From IMG/VR virus record IMGVR_UViG_3300017643_000059: a stretch of 64,000 bases of DNA. One strand, given 5' to 3'. Position numbers and translations under genes: made by a program. Source of the DNA: an uncultured virus (IMG/VR IMGVR_UViG_3300017643_000059). Taxonomy: Duplodnaviria > Heunggongvirae > Uroviricota > Caudoviricetes. This document shows, piece after piece, positions 1 to 11,974 of this stretch. The notes under the pieces were generated by a model, which worked only from the letters and a program-made list of their open reading frames with translations, did not search any database and had not been told where the DNA came from. Position 1 is the first letter of the stretch. Each line of letters starts with the position of its first letter.

Positions 1-1116
1 ATGAACGAATTTACAGCACTGCTTCAGCAGGATAATGCCTGGTTCTTTATCCCCAGCGCCATTTTGCTTGGCGCACTGCACGGCCTGGAACCGGGTCACT
101 CTAAGACCATGATGGCCGCATTTATCATTGCAATCAGGGGAACCGTCCGGCAGGCGGTTATGCTTGGCCTGGCGGCCACGGTTTCGCACACGGCTATCGT
201 CTGGCTTATTGCCCTTGGTGGTATGTACGTCAGTCATAAATTTACCGCGGAGACGGCAGAACCCTGGTTACAGCTGGTTTCCGCCATCATTATTCTGGGT
301 ACCGCCATCTGGATGATATGGCGCACCTGGAAAGGGGAAAAGAACTGGCTGGACGGGATGCAACAGGGTGATGACGCACATCATCAGCATGATGACATCC
401 GCCTGTTCGATACCGGTCATGGTCAGGCCGAACTGTCCATTTTTGAGGAAGACCAGCCACCGCACTGGCGTTTACGAACGCTCACTGGCCGAAAATGGCA
501 GGCCTCCGATGTGTCTCTGGTTACCCACCGCGGCAAAGGAACATTTTCCCAGGTGTTTGATTTCACTGATAAGGGTGACTACCTTGAATCAACACGGCCG
601 ATACCTGAGCCGCATCAGTTTGATGTCCGTCTCACATTAGGCCACCGCGGACATGTTCATGATTACGATCTTGAATTCCGTGAACATGACCATCATCACC
701 CGGGTACTGAAGGGCTGGATAAACACTCGCAGGAGTATCAGGACGCACATGAGCGGGCACATGCAAACGACATTAAGCGACGCTTCAGCGGTAAAAGTGC
801 AACCAACGGTCAAATCCTGCTGTTTGGTCTGACGGGAGGACTTATTCCTTGCCCTGCCGCAATCACCGTATTGTTGATTTGTCTACAGCTTAAAGCATTG
901 TCACTGGGAGCTACGCTGGTGATCAGCTTCAGCATCGGGCTGGCACTGACGCTGGTCACTGTCGGTGTGGGGGCGGCGATCAGCGTCCGCCAGGTGGCCA
1001 AACGCTGGGATGGATTTAATGCCATTGCCCGAAAAGCCCCCTATTTCTCCGGTACCCTGATTGGACTCGTGGGGATTTATATGGGGATCCACGGCTATCT
1101 GGGTATCACTGGCTGA
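1..1116 (+). CDS. rcnA: Nickel/cobalt efflux permease, RcnA/NcrC (NirC) type
   Basis: LGALHGLEPGHSKT and GLIPCPAA motifs and His-rich loops. The extra soluble insert fits the longer NcrC-like form. Confidence 0.9.
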   Translation: MNEFTALLQQDNAWFFIPSAILLGALHGLEPGHSKTMMAAFIIAIRGTVRQAVMLGLAATVSHTAIVWLIALGGMYVSHKFTAETAEPWLQLVSAIIILGTAIWMIWRTWKGEKNWLDGMQQGDDAHHQHDDIRLFDTGHGQAELSIFEEDQPPHWRLRTLTGRKWQASDVSLVTHRGKGTFSQVFDFTDKGDYLESTRPIPEPHQFDVRLTLGHRGHVHDYDLEFREHDHHHPGTEGLDKHSQEYQDAHERAHANDIKRRFSGKSATNGQILLFGLTGGLIPCPAAITVLLICLQLKALSLGATLVISFSIGLALTLVTVGVGAAISVRQVAKRWDGFNAIARKAPYFSGTLIGLVGIYMGIHGYLGITG

Positions 1117-1134
1117 ATGACTCAGCCGCCAGCC

Positions 1135-1278
1135 CGGTAAGGGAAAGCAAAAAGCCAACTACTCTTATCGGGCATAGGTGCCAGATTCAACGCCGCAGTA
1201 AAACGTGCTGGAATTCGCCGCCGTAATCCGTACCATACACGGCACACTTTCGCATACTGGTTGCTATCGGCAGGCGCA
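1135..1278 (+). pseudogene. C-terminal fragment of a phage tyrosine integrase
   Basis: Translates as ..IGARFNAAVKRAGIRRRNPYHTRHTFAYWLLSAGA (box II HxxR); no start, truncated. Confidence 0.8.
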
Positions 1279-1331
1279 TTAAAATGGTTTTGTCCCACTG
1301 GTACCCCATTTGAAATTTGAGTAACGAATAA

Positions 1332-1391
1332 ATGTCGCAAAATCAAGAAACTACAAAAAAAGAGCAATACAACCTGAACAAGCTGCGCTGA
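1332..1391 (+). pseudogene. ttcC: ttcA 5'-end duplicate (ttcC-like), prophage att junction
   Basis: Encodes MSQNQETTKKEQYNLNKLR-stop, matching the recalled TtcA N-terminus (..ITKKEQYNLNKLQ). The layout matches E. coli Rac. Confidence 0.8.
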
Positions 1392-1476
1392 TTATGCAAA
1401 CTCATTGATATTTCATGTTTTCCCATACACTTCAATAAATTAAAAAGTACCAGTACTTACCCTGAGCTACCCTAAG

Positions 1477-1581
1477 CTACATTTTTAATGCCCTTATTTT
1501 GCCCCTGACGCTGATTTTTGCCCCTGGATTTGCCCCCGTTTTGCCCCCCCCTCCCCGACCCGGTGGCGATGGAAACTCCAT
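1477..1581 (-). pseudogene. Truncated umuD-like minigene (MEFPSP...)
   Basis: GGAGGT RBS, an FPSP start typical of UmuD-like proteins and an upstream LexA box; runs into the arm repeats. Confidence 0.5.
1497..1547. repeat. Four TTTGCCCC direct repeats, probable integrase arm-type sites
   Basis: Copies near 1497, 1517, 1529 and 1539, about 110-160 bp inside the att junction. Confidence 0.55.
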
Positions 1582-1598
1582 TTTGCACCTCCGATATT

Positions 1599-1618
1599 TA
1601 CTGTATATACATACAGTA
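1599..1618. promoter_or_regulatory. LexA (SOS) box
   Basis: TACTGTATATACATACAGTA, near-consensus CTG-N10-CAG. Confidence 0.85.
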
Positions 1619-1732
1619 GACAATTTTATGATGTCGATCAATGGCTGGCCTCGTGCTAAACTCCATGCAATTACAATCACTATGATGTTGATTTATTAGC
1701 CAATCACTCATGAAAGTTGGCGGGATTAAAAT

Positions 1733-2956
1733 ATGCCATATTTAATTATAATTTTCATAACATGTATTTATTTAATATTTATTTCTCTAAGGTTCATAAA
1801 GAGTGGAATCACTTCCCCAGCTGTAATAACGCTGTCTTCTTGGGCGTTAATGTCTTTTGTTGGTTATTTTTCCTACGAAAGCTTTGATGAATTCAGGGAA
1901 GAATCTTTTTATTGCCTGTTGATATGGATTTCCATTACATCTTTTGTTTACATTTCTGTAGAACTTGCTCAGAAACACAAGTCTTTATTGTACAAAGACT
2001 ACACACCAAACCGAGTGTGCTATAGATATTCTATATTTGTAATACCAGCATGCATCGTAACAGCATACGAAATATATAAAGTAGGGTCGGATGGTCCTGT
2101 TAACTTCCTGTTAAATCTCAGGCTTGCTAACATAGAAGATGATTATCAATACCAAACATTTACTTTTATGCCTATCTTCTACCCTATCATCATGTCTATG
2201 TTCGCGTCTATTTGCATCTACAAATCAAGAGCACTGGAAAAGATTTCGATTTGCGCATGGTTATTTTTGTTTGCGCTTGGAACGATGGGTAAGTTTGCTG
2301 TTATAACTCCTATAGTGATGTTTATAACTATATATGAAATGAAGCGTGGACTTAGCAAGAAGAAATTAGCAATTATAATTCCTGTCGTCTTATCTGCTAT
2401 CCTTGCGCTTCATTTCTATAGAATGTCAGATAATGACTCTGCATCTATAGCCTATATATTTGGCACTTATATATACTCGCCGATAATTGCTTTTGGTAAG
2501 CTTATTGATTTTGATGTCAACTGGTCAGGTGATTACACACTGAGATTCATCCATGCTATAGCATTTAAAACAGGCTTATCCTTACAGGAACCTGTAAAAA
2601 CAATACTTGATTATGTTTATGTTCCTACGCCAACAAACGTATACACAGTTATGCAGCCATTTTATAGTGATATGGGGTTTTATGGGGTTTTACTTGGTGC
2701 GATAATTTATGGAGTGATGATTTCTGTTGTATACTCTATGGCAAAATCAGGAAACCTTTTGATGCTCGCATTTTATTCCATACTTAGTGTAAGTGCAATA
2801 ACTGAATTTATGAGCGAAACAATAATCACAAACATTTCAGGAAACATTAAGCTGCTAATTTGTATGTTTATCATATTCAGATTTTTCACAAAAAGAATAA
2901 TAGATGCTGATGACAGGCAATGCATCAGCACAAACAAGGAGCGATTATCTTCCTGA
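1733..2956 (+). CDS. wzy: O-antigen polymerase (Wzy-like), prophage moron
   Basis: AT-rich 407-aa polytopic membrane protein with YIYSPIIAF and PTNVYT..P.Y.D.G motifs. Confidence 0.75.
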   Translation: MPYLIIIFITCIYLIFISLRFIKSGITSPAVITLSSWALMSFVGYFSYESFDEFREESFYCLLIWISITSFVYISVELAQKHKSLLYKDYTPNRVCYRYSIFVIPACIVTAYEIYKVGSDGPVNFLLNLRLANIEDDYQYQTFTFMPIFYPIIMSMFASICIYKSRALEKISICAWLFLFALGTMGKFAVITPIVMFITIYEMKRGLSKKKLAIIIPVVLSAILALHFYRMSDNDSASIAYIFGTYIYSPIIAFGKLIDFDVNWSGDYTLRFIHAIAFKTGLSLQEPVKTILDYVYVPTPTNVYTVMQPFYSDMGFYGVLLGAIIYGVMISVVYSMAKSGNLLMLAFYSILSVSAITEFMSETIITNISGNIKLLICMFIIFRFFTKRIIDADDRQCISTNKERLSS

Positions 2957-2964
2957 ACATAAAT

Positions 2965-2993
2965 AAAAGCCGCCCGCAAAGGGCGGTACTTTT
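2965..2993. terminator. Bidirectional terminator between wzy and the tailspike gene
   Basis: AAAAGCCGCCC-GCAA-AGGGCGGTACTTTT. Confidence 0.7.
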
Positions 2994-5160
2994 ATACCTT
3001 ACGAGATAACATAAGCCTAATGTTACCACTACGCACTGCACCAGACTCATTATATCCAACACCAAATAATTGACCTGTTGTTTTAGAAGTCCACGCAGGA
3101 GGTAAATAGAAAGTATTATCACCACCGCTCGCAAGTGGATACGCGCTACTTACCCATCCATAATTTGTTCCTGTCGAGAAAAAAGCGACAGCGCCAGCCG
3201 TGTTGTAACTGGTATACGCAATGGTGGCTGGATAAGATGTGTAAACATTAGCGCCTGACTGTTGATCACCCTCAAATACGGCAGTGTTTGTCATATTCTG
3301 AGTAAAATCAGCGGCCACATGCACAGAGGTATAAGTAACGCTGCAAGAGGACCTGAATAGGATAACGCTATACATAGAGGTATCTTCATACGGCAATTTA
3401 ACACGGAAGCTGCAATTATTGACTGAATTTGCTTGCATATCAATAAGGTTAAGTCCTGCTCTTAAGCCTGCGTGTGAATTACCAATGGTATTCGACTCTT
3501 CCCATACCAAATTAGAAACGGATACAGTATTGATTGCTGCACCATTTATAAGAATGAAATATCTCGAATCAAAGAAGTTTGAATGAATTATGGCCCCTTT
3601 TAAGTTTGCGCTTATATTAAGACCCGCGCTAAGATTCGAGGTAGATGTTGCCGTGAATGAGTTACCAACAACGGTAACGTTGCTGACGTAAGTATCAGCC
3701 ATATTCCCATATGCACCAGGGGCAATCTCAATAAATGAGGCATTGGTAATGTTATCAGGCACTGAAATATTACACCCGGATACAACAACACCATTAACTA
3801 CACCTTGCACAGAGCCTGTTTTATCAGAAGCCAGAATGACAAATTGCCCTGAAATTGAACCAATAATGTTTGTTACTTCTGTATTGTACAAGTACTGGCC
3901 AGCTCCTCCAGCTTCCGCAGAATGCATCACTACATAGCATCCACGTACGTAACCGTTTATTGTGCTATCTCTATACCAGGTATCGTGTTGATGCAATTCA
4001 ACAGTACACGCAATAATTTTTGCCCGCGCGTTAGTCGAGTTAAATATACAATTTTCTACCCCAGAATACGGGCAGCCGACATAAATAGTTGAATGGTCAG
4101 GATTGTTATTGCTTTGGATGAGATTATCGAATGTTACACCACGGATGATACAGTTTCTACCATAACCATTCCACCCAGCAGTAATAGCCCATGTCATATC
4201 ACCGTTTATAATTTTAATGCCAGATACTGAGCAGTTGTAACTGCGCCCCATAGATATTGCGGAACGAAGGTTGCCACCGGCAGTCATCGCGTTATTTCCG
4301 AGGTCAATGGTTCCTGTGCCAAAAATCCTACAGTTATTAAGGTCGCCGGATAAACTAGGATCTGCATTATCAAAACCCACGAACACCTGAAATGCTTTTA
4401 AATCAAAGAAAGATGAGAGTTGGATCTTCCCCTCAATATTCAAACATACATTACTTCGCAACTGGATAATTCCACTATGACCAGCAATTCCACCTGTTCC
4501 GTAAGATGATAAATACCATGTAGTTCCTGCTGGAATTGTGATTATCCCACCACCCGCAGAATACAGATAATCAATTGCTGCCTGAAGGTATGGACGACTA
4601 TCAACGGTCGGGCCGGGTTGAATAACATTTCCAGATGAATCGCAATGGAAATCCCATAGACTAACTCTCTCATCAAGCACATCAGATACTTTTCTGATGG
4701 TTGCGTTTTGCGCACATTTATATTGGTATCCAACAAGCGTGGCACCCTGAGAAGATGCAAGGTGGGCGCGCAGGGAGGAATCTCCCACCCCAATCCATGC
4801 ACCAGTACCTATACCTCCTGTCGATACAGGAGAGGATTCTGGTGGGATTAATTTTCCTCCAGAAGGAAAAGATCCATCCCAACGATAGTATTCCCCCGTG
4901 ACCTCATCCCGCAAAGCCTGGTTAGGAAGTGTTAAAGTAGCCCCTGATTGAAACGAACTTAACAGTATCCATCCAAGTTGGGATAAAGTCTGTTTATACT
5001 TTTCTTCCATTCCATGCCATGTAAGACGAGGAACACCAAGACGGTCAGGCCATTTTTCATTAACTTGATCGGCAGAAAGGTGATCAAAGTTCTGTGCGTT
5101 GTCATACAAATCCTGCGCAGCAGCAGAGCCGATCGGATTGCCAGTGTTATAAGTAGTCAT
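2992..5160 (-). CDS. Tailspike endoglycosidase (HK620-type beta-helix) with siphovirus N-terminal anchor
   Basis: N-terminal MTTYNTGNPIGS..DLYDNA anchor. The body (SLWDFHCD..GIAGHSGIIQLRSNV..DHST..VELHQHDT) closely resembles the recalled HK620 tailspike. Confidence 0.85.
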   Translation of the reverse strand: MTTYNTGNPIGSAAAQDLYDNAQNFDHLSADQVNEKWPDRLGVPRLTWHGMEEKYKQTLSQLGWILLSSFQSGATLTLPNQALRDEVTGEYYRWDGSFPSGGKLIPPESSPVSTGGIGTGAWIGVGDSSLRAHLASSQGATLVGYQYKCAQNATIRKVSDVLDERVSLWDFHCDSSGNVIQPGPTVDSRPYLQAAIDYLYSAGGGIITIPAGTTWYLSSYGTGGIAGHSGIIQLRSNVCLNIEGKIQLSSFFDLKAFQVFVGFDNADPSLSGDLNNCRIFGTGTIDLGNNAMTAGGNLRSAISMGRSYNCSVSGIKIINGDMTWAITAGWNGYGRNCIIRGVTFDNLIQSNNNPDHSTIYVGCPYSGVENCIFNSTNARAKIIACTVELHQHDTWYRDSTINGYVRGCYVVMHSAEAGGAGQYLYNTEVTNIIGSISGQFVILASDKTGSVQGVVNGVVVSGCNISVPDNITNASFIEIAPGAYGNMADTYVSNVTVVGNSFTATSTSNLSAGLNISANLKGAIIHSNFFDSRYFILINGAAINTVSVSNLVWEESNTIGNSHAGLRAGLNLIDMQANSVNNCSFRVKLPYEDTSMYSVILFRSSCSVTYTSVHVAADFTQNMTNTAVFEGDQQSGANVYTSYPATIAYTSYNTAGAVAFFSTGTNYGWVSSAYPLASGGDNTFYLPPAWTSKTTGQLFGVGYNESGAVRSGNIRLMLSRKV

Positions 5161-5175
5161 TTGAGCCTCATAAAC

Positions 5176-5203
5176 GAAAAACCCGCCGAAGCGGGTCTAT
5201 TTT
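5176..5203. terminator. Intrinsic terminator hairpin
   Basis: AAAAACCCGC-CGAA-GCGGGT. Confidence 0.6.
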
Positions 5204-5216
5204 GGGAGATTTTTTG

Positions 5217-6388
5217 TTATGCGACGTTGCCAGGGTAAGTAGCATTGTCGTAATCGTAAAAACTGTCGCGATATTCCTTCGCCGTTACCTGACATGTTCC
5301 ATCTGATTGTGGTGCAATCTCAGAAACGATAGCGTTATAGCCGGTACCGGAGGAATCGCAGAAAATTAAACGGGGAGGCTCGATCGCAGGATCACCGATA
5401 ATGATGTTGTCGAACGCAGCAAGGTGGGCAACAGACAGACCATAATCCCCTGCTTTCGTCACCACCATCAGTCCGGAAGCTGTTCCATCCTGATAACGCA
5501 GAATCGCCCGCGGATTTTCAAATGACCAGTCAGGCGGTTCGGTGACGGTGAAGGTCGTCACATCGTCTACCGTGCTCATTGCCTCAACTAGCGATGAAAT
5601 CGTCTTGCTGCCTGGTATATCATCAGTCAGCACAATGCGATCACCTACGTTGTAGCAGAGTGCATCGAGTTCAGTGGTGGTCGTAAATGTCAGGCGCTGT
5701 CGGCGATATTTCATCAAACGCCGCATGCCAATCTGGTAAGCACGGTTGCGGTCAAGTACGCCGTCGAGGGTGTAGGCTTCTATTTTTACAGGGGTTGGAT
5801 TGTCAGCAGTCCGACACTGCACGGTTTCCTCTGCCCATGTCGAGCCATTGATGTATGTCACATCAACACCGTCATAATCATCTGCAGACGGGGCTACAAA
5901 CGCAGTTTGAAGATCTTCCGTCATCTCCTGAGGGCTAATAATTCCCGTCCACGTTTTAACGCCCTCACGTGCGACAGACGCCAGTCCATCTGACAAAAGG
6001 AAATAGCTTTTCCCTGCATTAGCGACCTTCTGAAGCACTTCCAGTGCTGAGGTGCTGTCCGTCGTCTCGAAGTCAAAAAACTCGTTACCAGGAGTCCACC
6101 ACGTGCTTTCCAGTTCGTTAATAGCGATGGTATCCATATCGAGGCCAAGAGACTCACCAATATGGTAAAACGCGCCAGAAATGCTGCGCGGCGCACTGGA
6201 GCCATATATTCTGGTTGCCACAACGTTAATACGGCGATCGGATTGCGCGGCCAGCTTACCTCCGGTTTCAACCGTAACGCCCATCGTTGTAACGCCAGCA
6301 TAGGTTACCGGGCGAGTCAGAAGGCGGCCACGTAGTGCCTGCCAGAACATATTGTCTCTTGAGTTATTTTGACCCTGTTCGTTTGTTC
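5217..6388 (-). pseudogene. Central tail-tip/host-specificity protein (J-like), 3' part
   Basis: Continues in frame from the 5' part once the transposon and one TSD are removed (..VRCRRTN-EQGQNNSRDNMFWQ..). Confidence 0.9.
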
Positions 6389-8133
<1,745 letters not shown>

Positions 8134-8189
8134 CTAATCTTTGAGATGTAGTACCCTCTATACAGTGCGGATTTTAATTAATGGAATAA

Positions 8190-10193
8190 ATGATTATGAG
8201 TGAAAATGATACAATCCAAAAGAAGTCTAAAAGCCAGATTAACAAAGCGGTATTCTTTACATCTGCTTTGTTAATTTTCCTTCTTGTCGCCTTTGCCGCT
8301 GTATTCCCGGATGTCGCCGACAAAAATTTTAAACTACTTCAGCAACAAATCTTCACGAATGCCAGCTGGTTCTACATCCTTGCAGTGGCCCTGATTCTAC
8401 TGAGTGTCTCGTTCCTGGGACTCTCACGCTACGGTGATATCAAACTGGGTCCGGACCATGCGCAGCCTGATTTTAGCTATCACTCCTGGTTTGCGATGCT
8501 TTTCTCGGCAGGGATGGGGATCGGCCTGATGTTCTTTGGCGTTGCTGAACCTGTGATGCATTATCTTTCACCTCCTGTCGGCACTCCAGAGACCGTTGCG
8601 GCAGCGAAGGAAGCAATGCGCCTGACGTTCTTCCACTGGGGCCTGCACGCATGGGCAATCTATGCCATTGTGGCACTGATCCTGGCCTTTTTCAGTTACC
8701 GTCACGGTCTGCCTTTAACGCTGCGTTCCGCACTTTATCCCATTATTGGCGAGCGCATATACGGACCTGTAGGCCATGCGGTTGATATTTTCGCCGTTAT
8801 TGGCACCGTCTTTGGCGTTGCGACATCGCTGGGGTACGGTGTTTTGCAGGTGAATGCTGGTTTGAATCATCTTTTCGGGGTGCCTATTAATGAAACGGTG
8901 CAGGTGATTCTAATCGTTGTCATCACTGGTTTAGCGACGATTTCGGTGGTGTCCGGCCTGGACAAGGGAATACGTATACTGTCTGAGCTCAACCTGGGCC
9001 TGGCAGTGCTGCTGCTGGCGCTGGTCCTGTGTCTGGGACCAACCGTGCTTCTGCTGAAGTCATTTGTGGAAAATACGGGCGGTTATCTTTCTGAACTGGT
9101 GAGTAAAACTTTTAACCTTTATGCGTATGAACCTAAGTCGAGCAACTGGCTGGGGGGCTGGACATTACTGTACTGGGGATGGTGGCTTTCATGGTCGCCG
9201 TTTGTGGGGATGTTCATCGCAAGAGTCTCGCGCGGTCGAACCATTCGCGAGTTTGTCACCGGCGTGCTGTTTGTTCCCGCCGGCTTCACGCTCATGTGGA
9301 TGACGGTGTTTGGTAACAGCGCAATCTATCTCATTATGCACCAGGGGGCGGCTGATCTCGCCAATACCGTTCAGCAGGATGTCGCGCTGGCCCTGTTTAA
9401 TTTCCTGGAGCATTTCCCGTTTTCTTCCGTGCTGTCATTTATTGCAATGGCGATGGTCATTGTCTTCTTTGTCACCTCGGCTGACTCCGGGGCAATGGTT
9501 GTTGATACGCTGGCATCGGGTGGCGTCGCTAACACGCCTGTATGGCAGCGAATTTTCTGGGCCTCGCTCATAGGGATTGTGGCAATCGCACTGCTGATTG
9601 CGGGGGGACTGAGCGCGCTGCAAACCGTGACAATAGCGAGCGCATTACCTTTCTCAGTGATTTTACTGATATCCATATACGGATTATTAAAAGCCCTGCG
9701 TCGGGATTTGACCAAGCGTGAAAGCCTGAGCATGGCGACTATTGCTCCGACTGCAGCGCGTAACCCGATTCCATGGCAGAGACGCTTGCGCAATATCGCT
9801 TATCTGCCAAAGCGCTCTCTTGTGAAACGCTTTATGGGCGACGTTATCCAGCCCGCCATGACGCTGGTTCAGGAAGAACTGAATAAACAGGGAACGATAA
9901 GCCATATAAGTGATACTGATGACGAACGAATTCGGCTTGAAGTCGATTTGGGCAATGAGCTGAACTTTATTTATGAAGTGAGACTTCGTGGCTATAACTC
10001 ACCGGCTTTCGCCATGGCTGCAATGGACAATGACGAGCAGCAGGCTGAGCAACATCGATATTATCGCGCTGAGGTCTATCTGAAAGAAGGCGGTCAAAAC
10101 TATGATGTGATGGGCTGGAATCAGGAACAGCTGATTAATGACATACTGGACCAGTACGAAAAACACCTGCACTTCCTGCACCTCGTTCGTTAA
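8190..10193 (+). CDS. BCCT-family choline/glycine betaine transporter (BetT-like)
   Basis: WFAMLFSAGMGIGLMFFG, FFHWGLHAW and WWLSWSPFVGMFIARVSRGRTIREF motifs, with a long C-terminal tail. Confidence 0.92.
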   Translation: MIMSENDTIQKKSKSQINKAVFFTSALLIFLLVAFAAVFPDVADKNFKLLQQQIFTNASWFYILAVALILLSVSFLGLSRYGDIKLGPDHAQPDFSYHSWFAMLFSAGMGIGLMFFGVAEPVMHYLSPPVGTPETVAAAKEAMRLTFFHWGLHAWAIYAIVALILAFFSYRHGLPLTLRSALYPIIGERIYGPVGHAVDIFAVIGTVFGVATSLGYGVLQVNAGLNHLFGVPINETVQVILIVVITGLATISVVSGLDKGIRILSELNLGLAVLLLALVLCLGPTVLLLKSFVENTGGYLSELVSKTFNLYAYEPKSSNWLGGWTLLYWGWWLSWSPFVGMFIARVSRGRTIREFVTGVLFVPAGFTLMWMTVFGNSAIYLIMHQGAADLANTVQQDVALALFNFLEHFPFSSVLSFIAMAMVIVFFVTSADSGAMVVDTLASGGVANTPVWQRIFWASLIGIVAIALLIAGGLSALQTVTIASALPFSVILLISIYGLLKALRRDLTKRESLSMATIAPTAARNPIPWQRRLRNIAYLPKRSLVKRFMGDVIQPAMTLVQEELNKQGTISHISDTDDERIRLEVDLGNELNFIYEVRLRGYNSPAFAMAAMDNDEQQAEQHRYYRAEVYLKEGGQNYDVMGWNQEQLINDILDQYEKHLHFLHLVR

Positions 10194-10256
10194 TACAAAA
10201 ATGCCGTCCTGCCGGGCGGCATTTATTTTCCCGAACTTAATACAAGGATATGCTGA

Positions 10257-11534
10257 ATGATTTCACGCTGGCAATGGATTCTCAGGCAGACACTTAAAAA
10301 GCTATGGTTCAGGGCAACGTTATTTGCAATGGTAGCAATAATAACGGCCCTTTTATCTATTCTTTTTAGATCAATGATCCCAGAGTCAGTATCAGTGAAG
10401 GTTGGTGCGGAAGCAGTTGATAATATTCTGAACATACTGGCATCGAGTATGCTGGCGGTGACCACATTTTCACTGAGTATCATGGTCACCGCTTACGGTT
10501 CAGCCACTACTAATGTGACGCCCAGAGCCACGCGTTTAGTTGTAGAAGACGTAACCACACAAAATGTACTGGCCACTTTTATCGGTTCTTTTCTCTTCAG
10601 CCTGGTAGGGATTATTGCCCTCAATATGGGAGCCTACGGAGAAAGGGGTAGAGTCATTTTATTCATTGTAACACTGGTTGTCATTGCCTTAATAATCAGC
10701 ACATTGCTTCGCTGGATACAGCATTTGACCTCTCTGGGCAGGGTAGGTGAGACAACAGCAAAAGTAGAACAGGCGGCGATCGAGACATTTATTGCGAGAG
10801 CAAAAAGTCCATGTCTTGGCGGATATCCATGGCTTGAGAACAATGAACAACCAAAAGGAACTGTTGCCGTATATCCGGAGAAAATTGGCTATGTTGAATA
10901 TATTGACATGGTCAAGCTCGGCAGTCTGCTGAGCAATGATCCTCGTCATGTATATCTTGTGGCGCAGCCAGGCAGTTTCATACATCCATCGATGCCAGTT
11001 TTGTACCTGAGTTCTGGTCAGGAGTCATCAATCTGTACCGATTTACTTGAAACGATCATTGTCTCGGATGTGCGTTCATTTGCTCAGGATCCCCGATTCT
11101 GTCTCAGCGTCATGGCCGAAATAGCCTGCAGGGCCCTTTCGCCCGCAGTAAACGATCCCGGTACTGCGATTGATGTCATTGGCAGAGGTGTTCGAATACT
11201 CTCCGCTTACGCGCAGAATAAAATAGATGAAACTGAAGTGATATATCCTTCAGTACATGTTGCGCCACTTCAGATCAAAGACCTACTGGAAGACTTTTTC
11301 TTACCTGTTGCACGTGATGGTGCGAGTATGAGGGAGATTCAGATAAGAGTCCTTAAAGGACTGTCTATGCTGAGTAAGGGTTGGCCTGGGATGTTTGCTG
11401 AAGCCGCACATATACTGGCATCTGAAACATTAGAGCATGCAACTCGTACTGGTCATATAGCCCATGACGAATATCTTATAAAATCAATTTATTATAATTT
11501 ATTCAGTGGCGAAAATCCTAATAAAAAACCATAG
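10257..11534 (+). CDS. DUF2254 family membrane protein
   Basis: RALSPAVNDPGTA motif and N-terminal TM helices. Confidence 0.85.
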   Translation: MISRWQWILRQTLKKLWFRATLFAMVAIITALLSILFRSMIPESVSVKVGAEAVDNILNILASSMLAVTTFSLSIMVTAYGSATTNVTPRATRLVVEDVTTQNVLATFIGSFLFSLVGIIALNMGAYGERGRVILFIVTLVVIALIISTLLRWIQHLTSLGRVGETTAKVEQAAIETFIARAKSPCLGGYPWLENNEQPKGTVAVYPEKIGYVEYIDMVKLGSLLSNDPRHVYLVAQPGSFIHPSMPVLYLSSGQESSICTDLLETIIVSDVRSFAQDPRFCLSVMAEIACRALSPAVNDPGTAIDVIGRGVRILSAYAQNKIDETEVIYPSVHVAPLQIKDLLEDFFLPVARDGASMREIQIRVLKGLSMLSKGWPGMFAEAAHILASETLEHATRTGHIAHDEYLIKSIYYNLFSGENPNKKP

Positions 11535-11784
11535 TTGCGGGACAAAGGATTTGTCCTCTGGCAAGGTGAAAGCAAAGCATTCCAGTGAGAATGAGCGTCT
11601 ACTTTGAGCTGTGATTTCAACTGATGGACGCAACACAATTATTGAACTCACAGCGTGAAGCGGACGTAGCTAATTTTGCACAGCCCTCGATTAGAAAATT
11701 TAAGAATCCAGCCTTCAATGGTGTCATGGCGACAGGCAATACCCCAGTCCAGTGGCATATGAAGCCACATTGTCGCTGCCGGGA

Positions 11785-11974
11785 ATTTGTTTCACCCATT
11801 ATCGCACCGGAGAACAGGCAGAAGACGAAGCAGCGCTTATGGCAGCGATCCTTGCAGATGCAATGAATGCCGGAGCCGAACGAATGGCACAGAGTTCACG
11901 GGATGTCACCATTCACCGGATGATGGTCATGGTGGAGCGTCATTTACGCGCTGCAATCTATGCATCTACCACCT
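11785..11974 (+). pseudogene. Degenerate Tn3-family transposase fragment
   Basis: FTHYRTG..AALMAAILADAMNAGAERMAQS resembles the Tn3 TnpA FTH.RTG..ILADA.NLG..MA block. Confidence 0.65.

Noticed and set aside
1521..1563. G-quadruplex-like G runs on the minus strand
   Set aside because: Explained by the arm-type repeats plus a deletion junction; no evidence of function.
1499..1699. 66-aa ORF as a Wzy inhibitor (iap-like)
   Set aside because: No clear TM helix or RBS, and it overlaps the arm repeats and LexA box.
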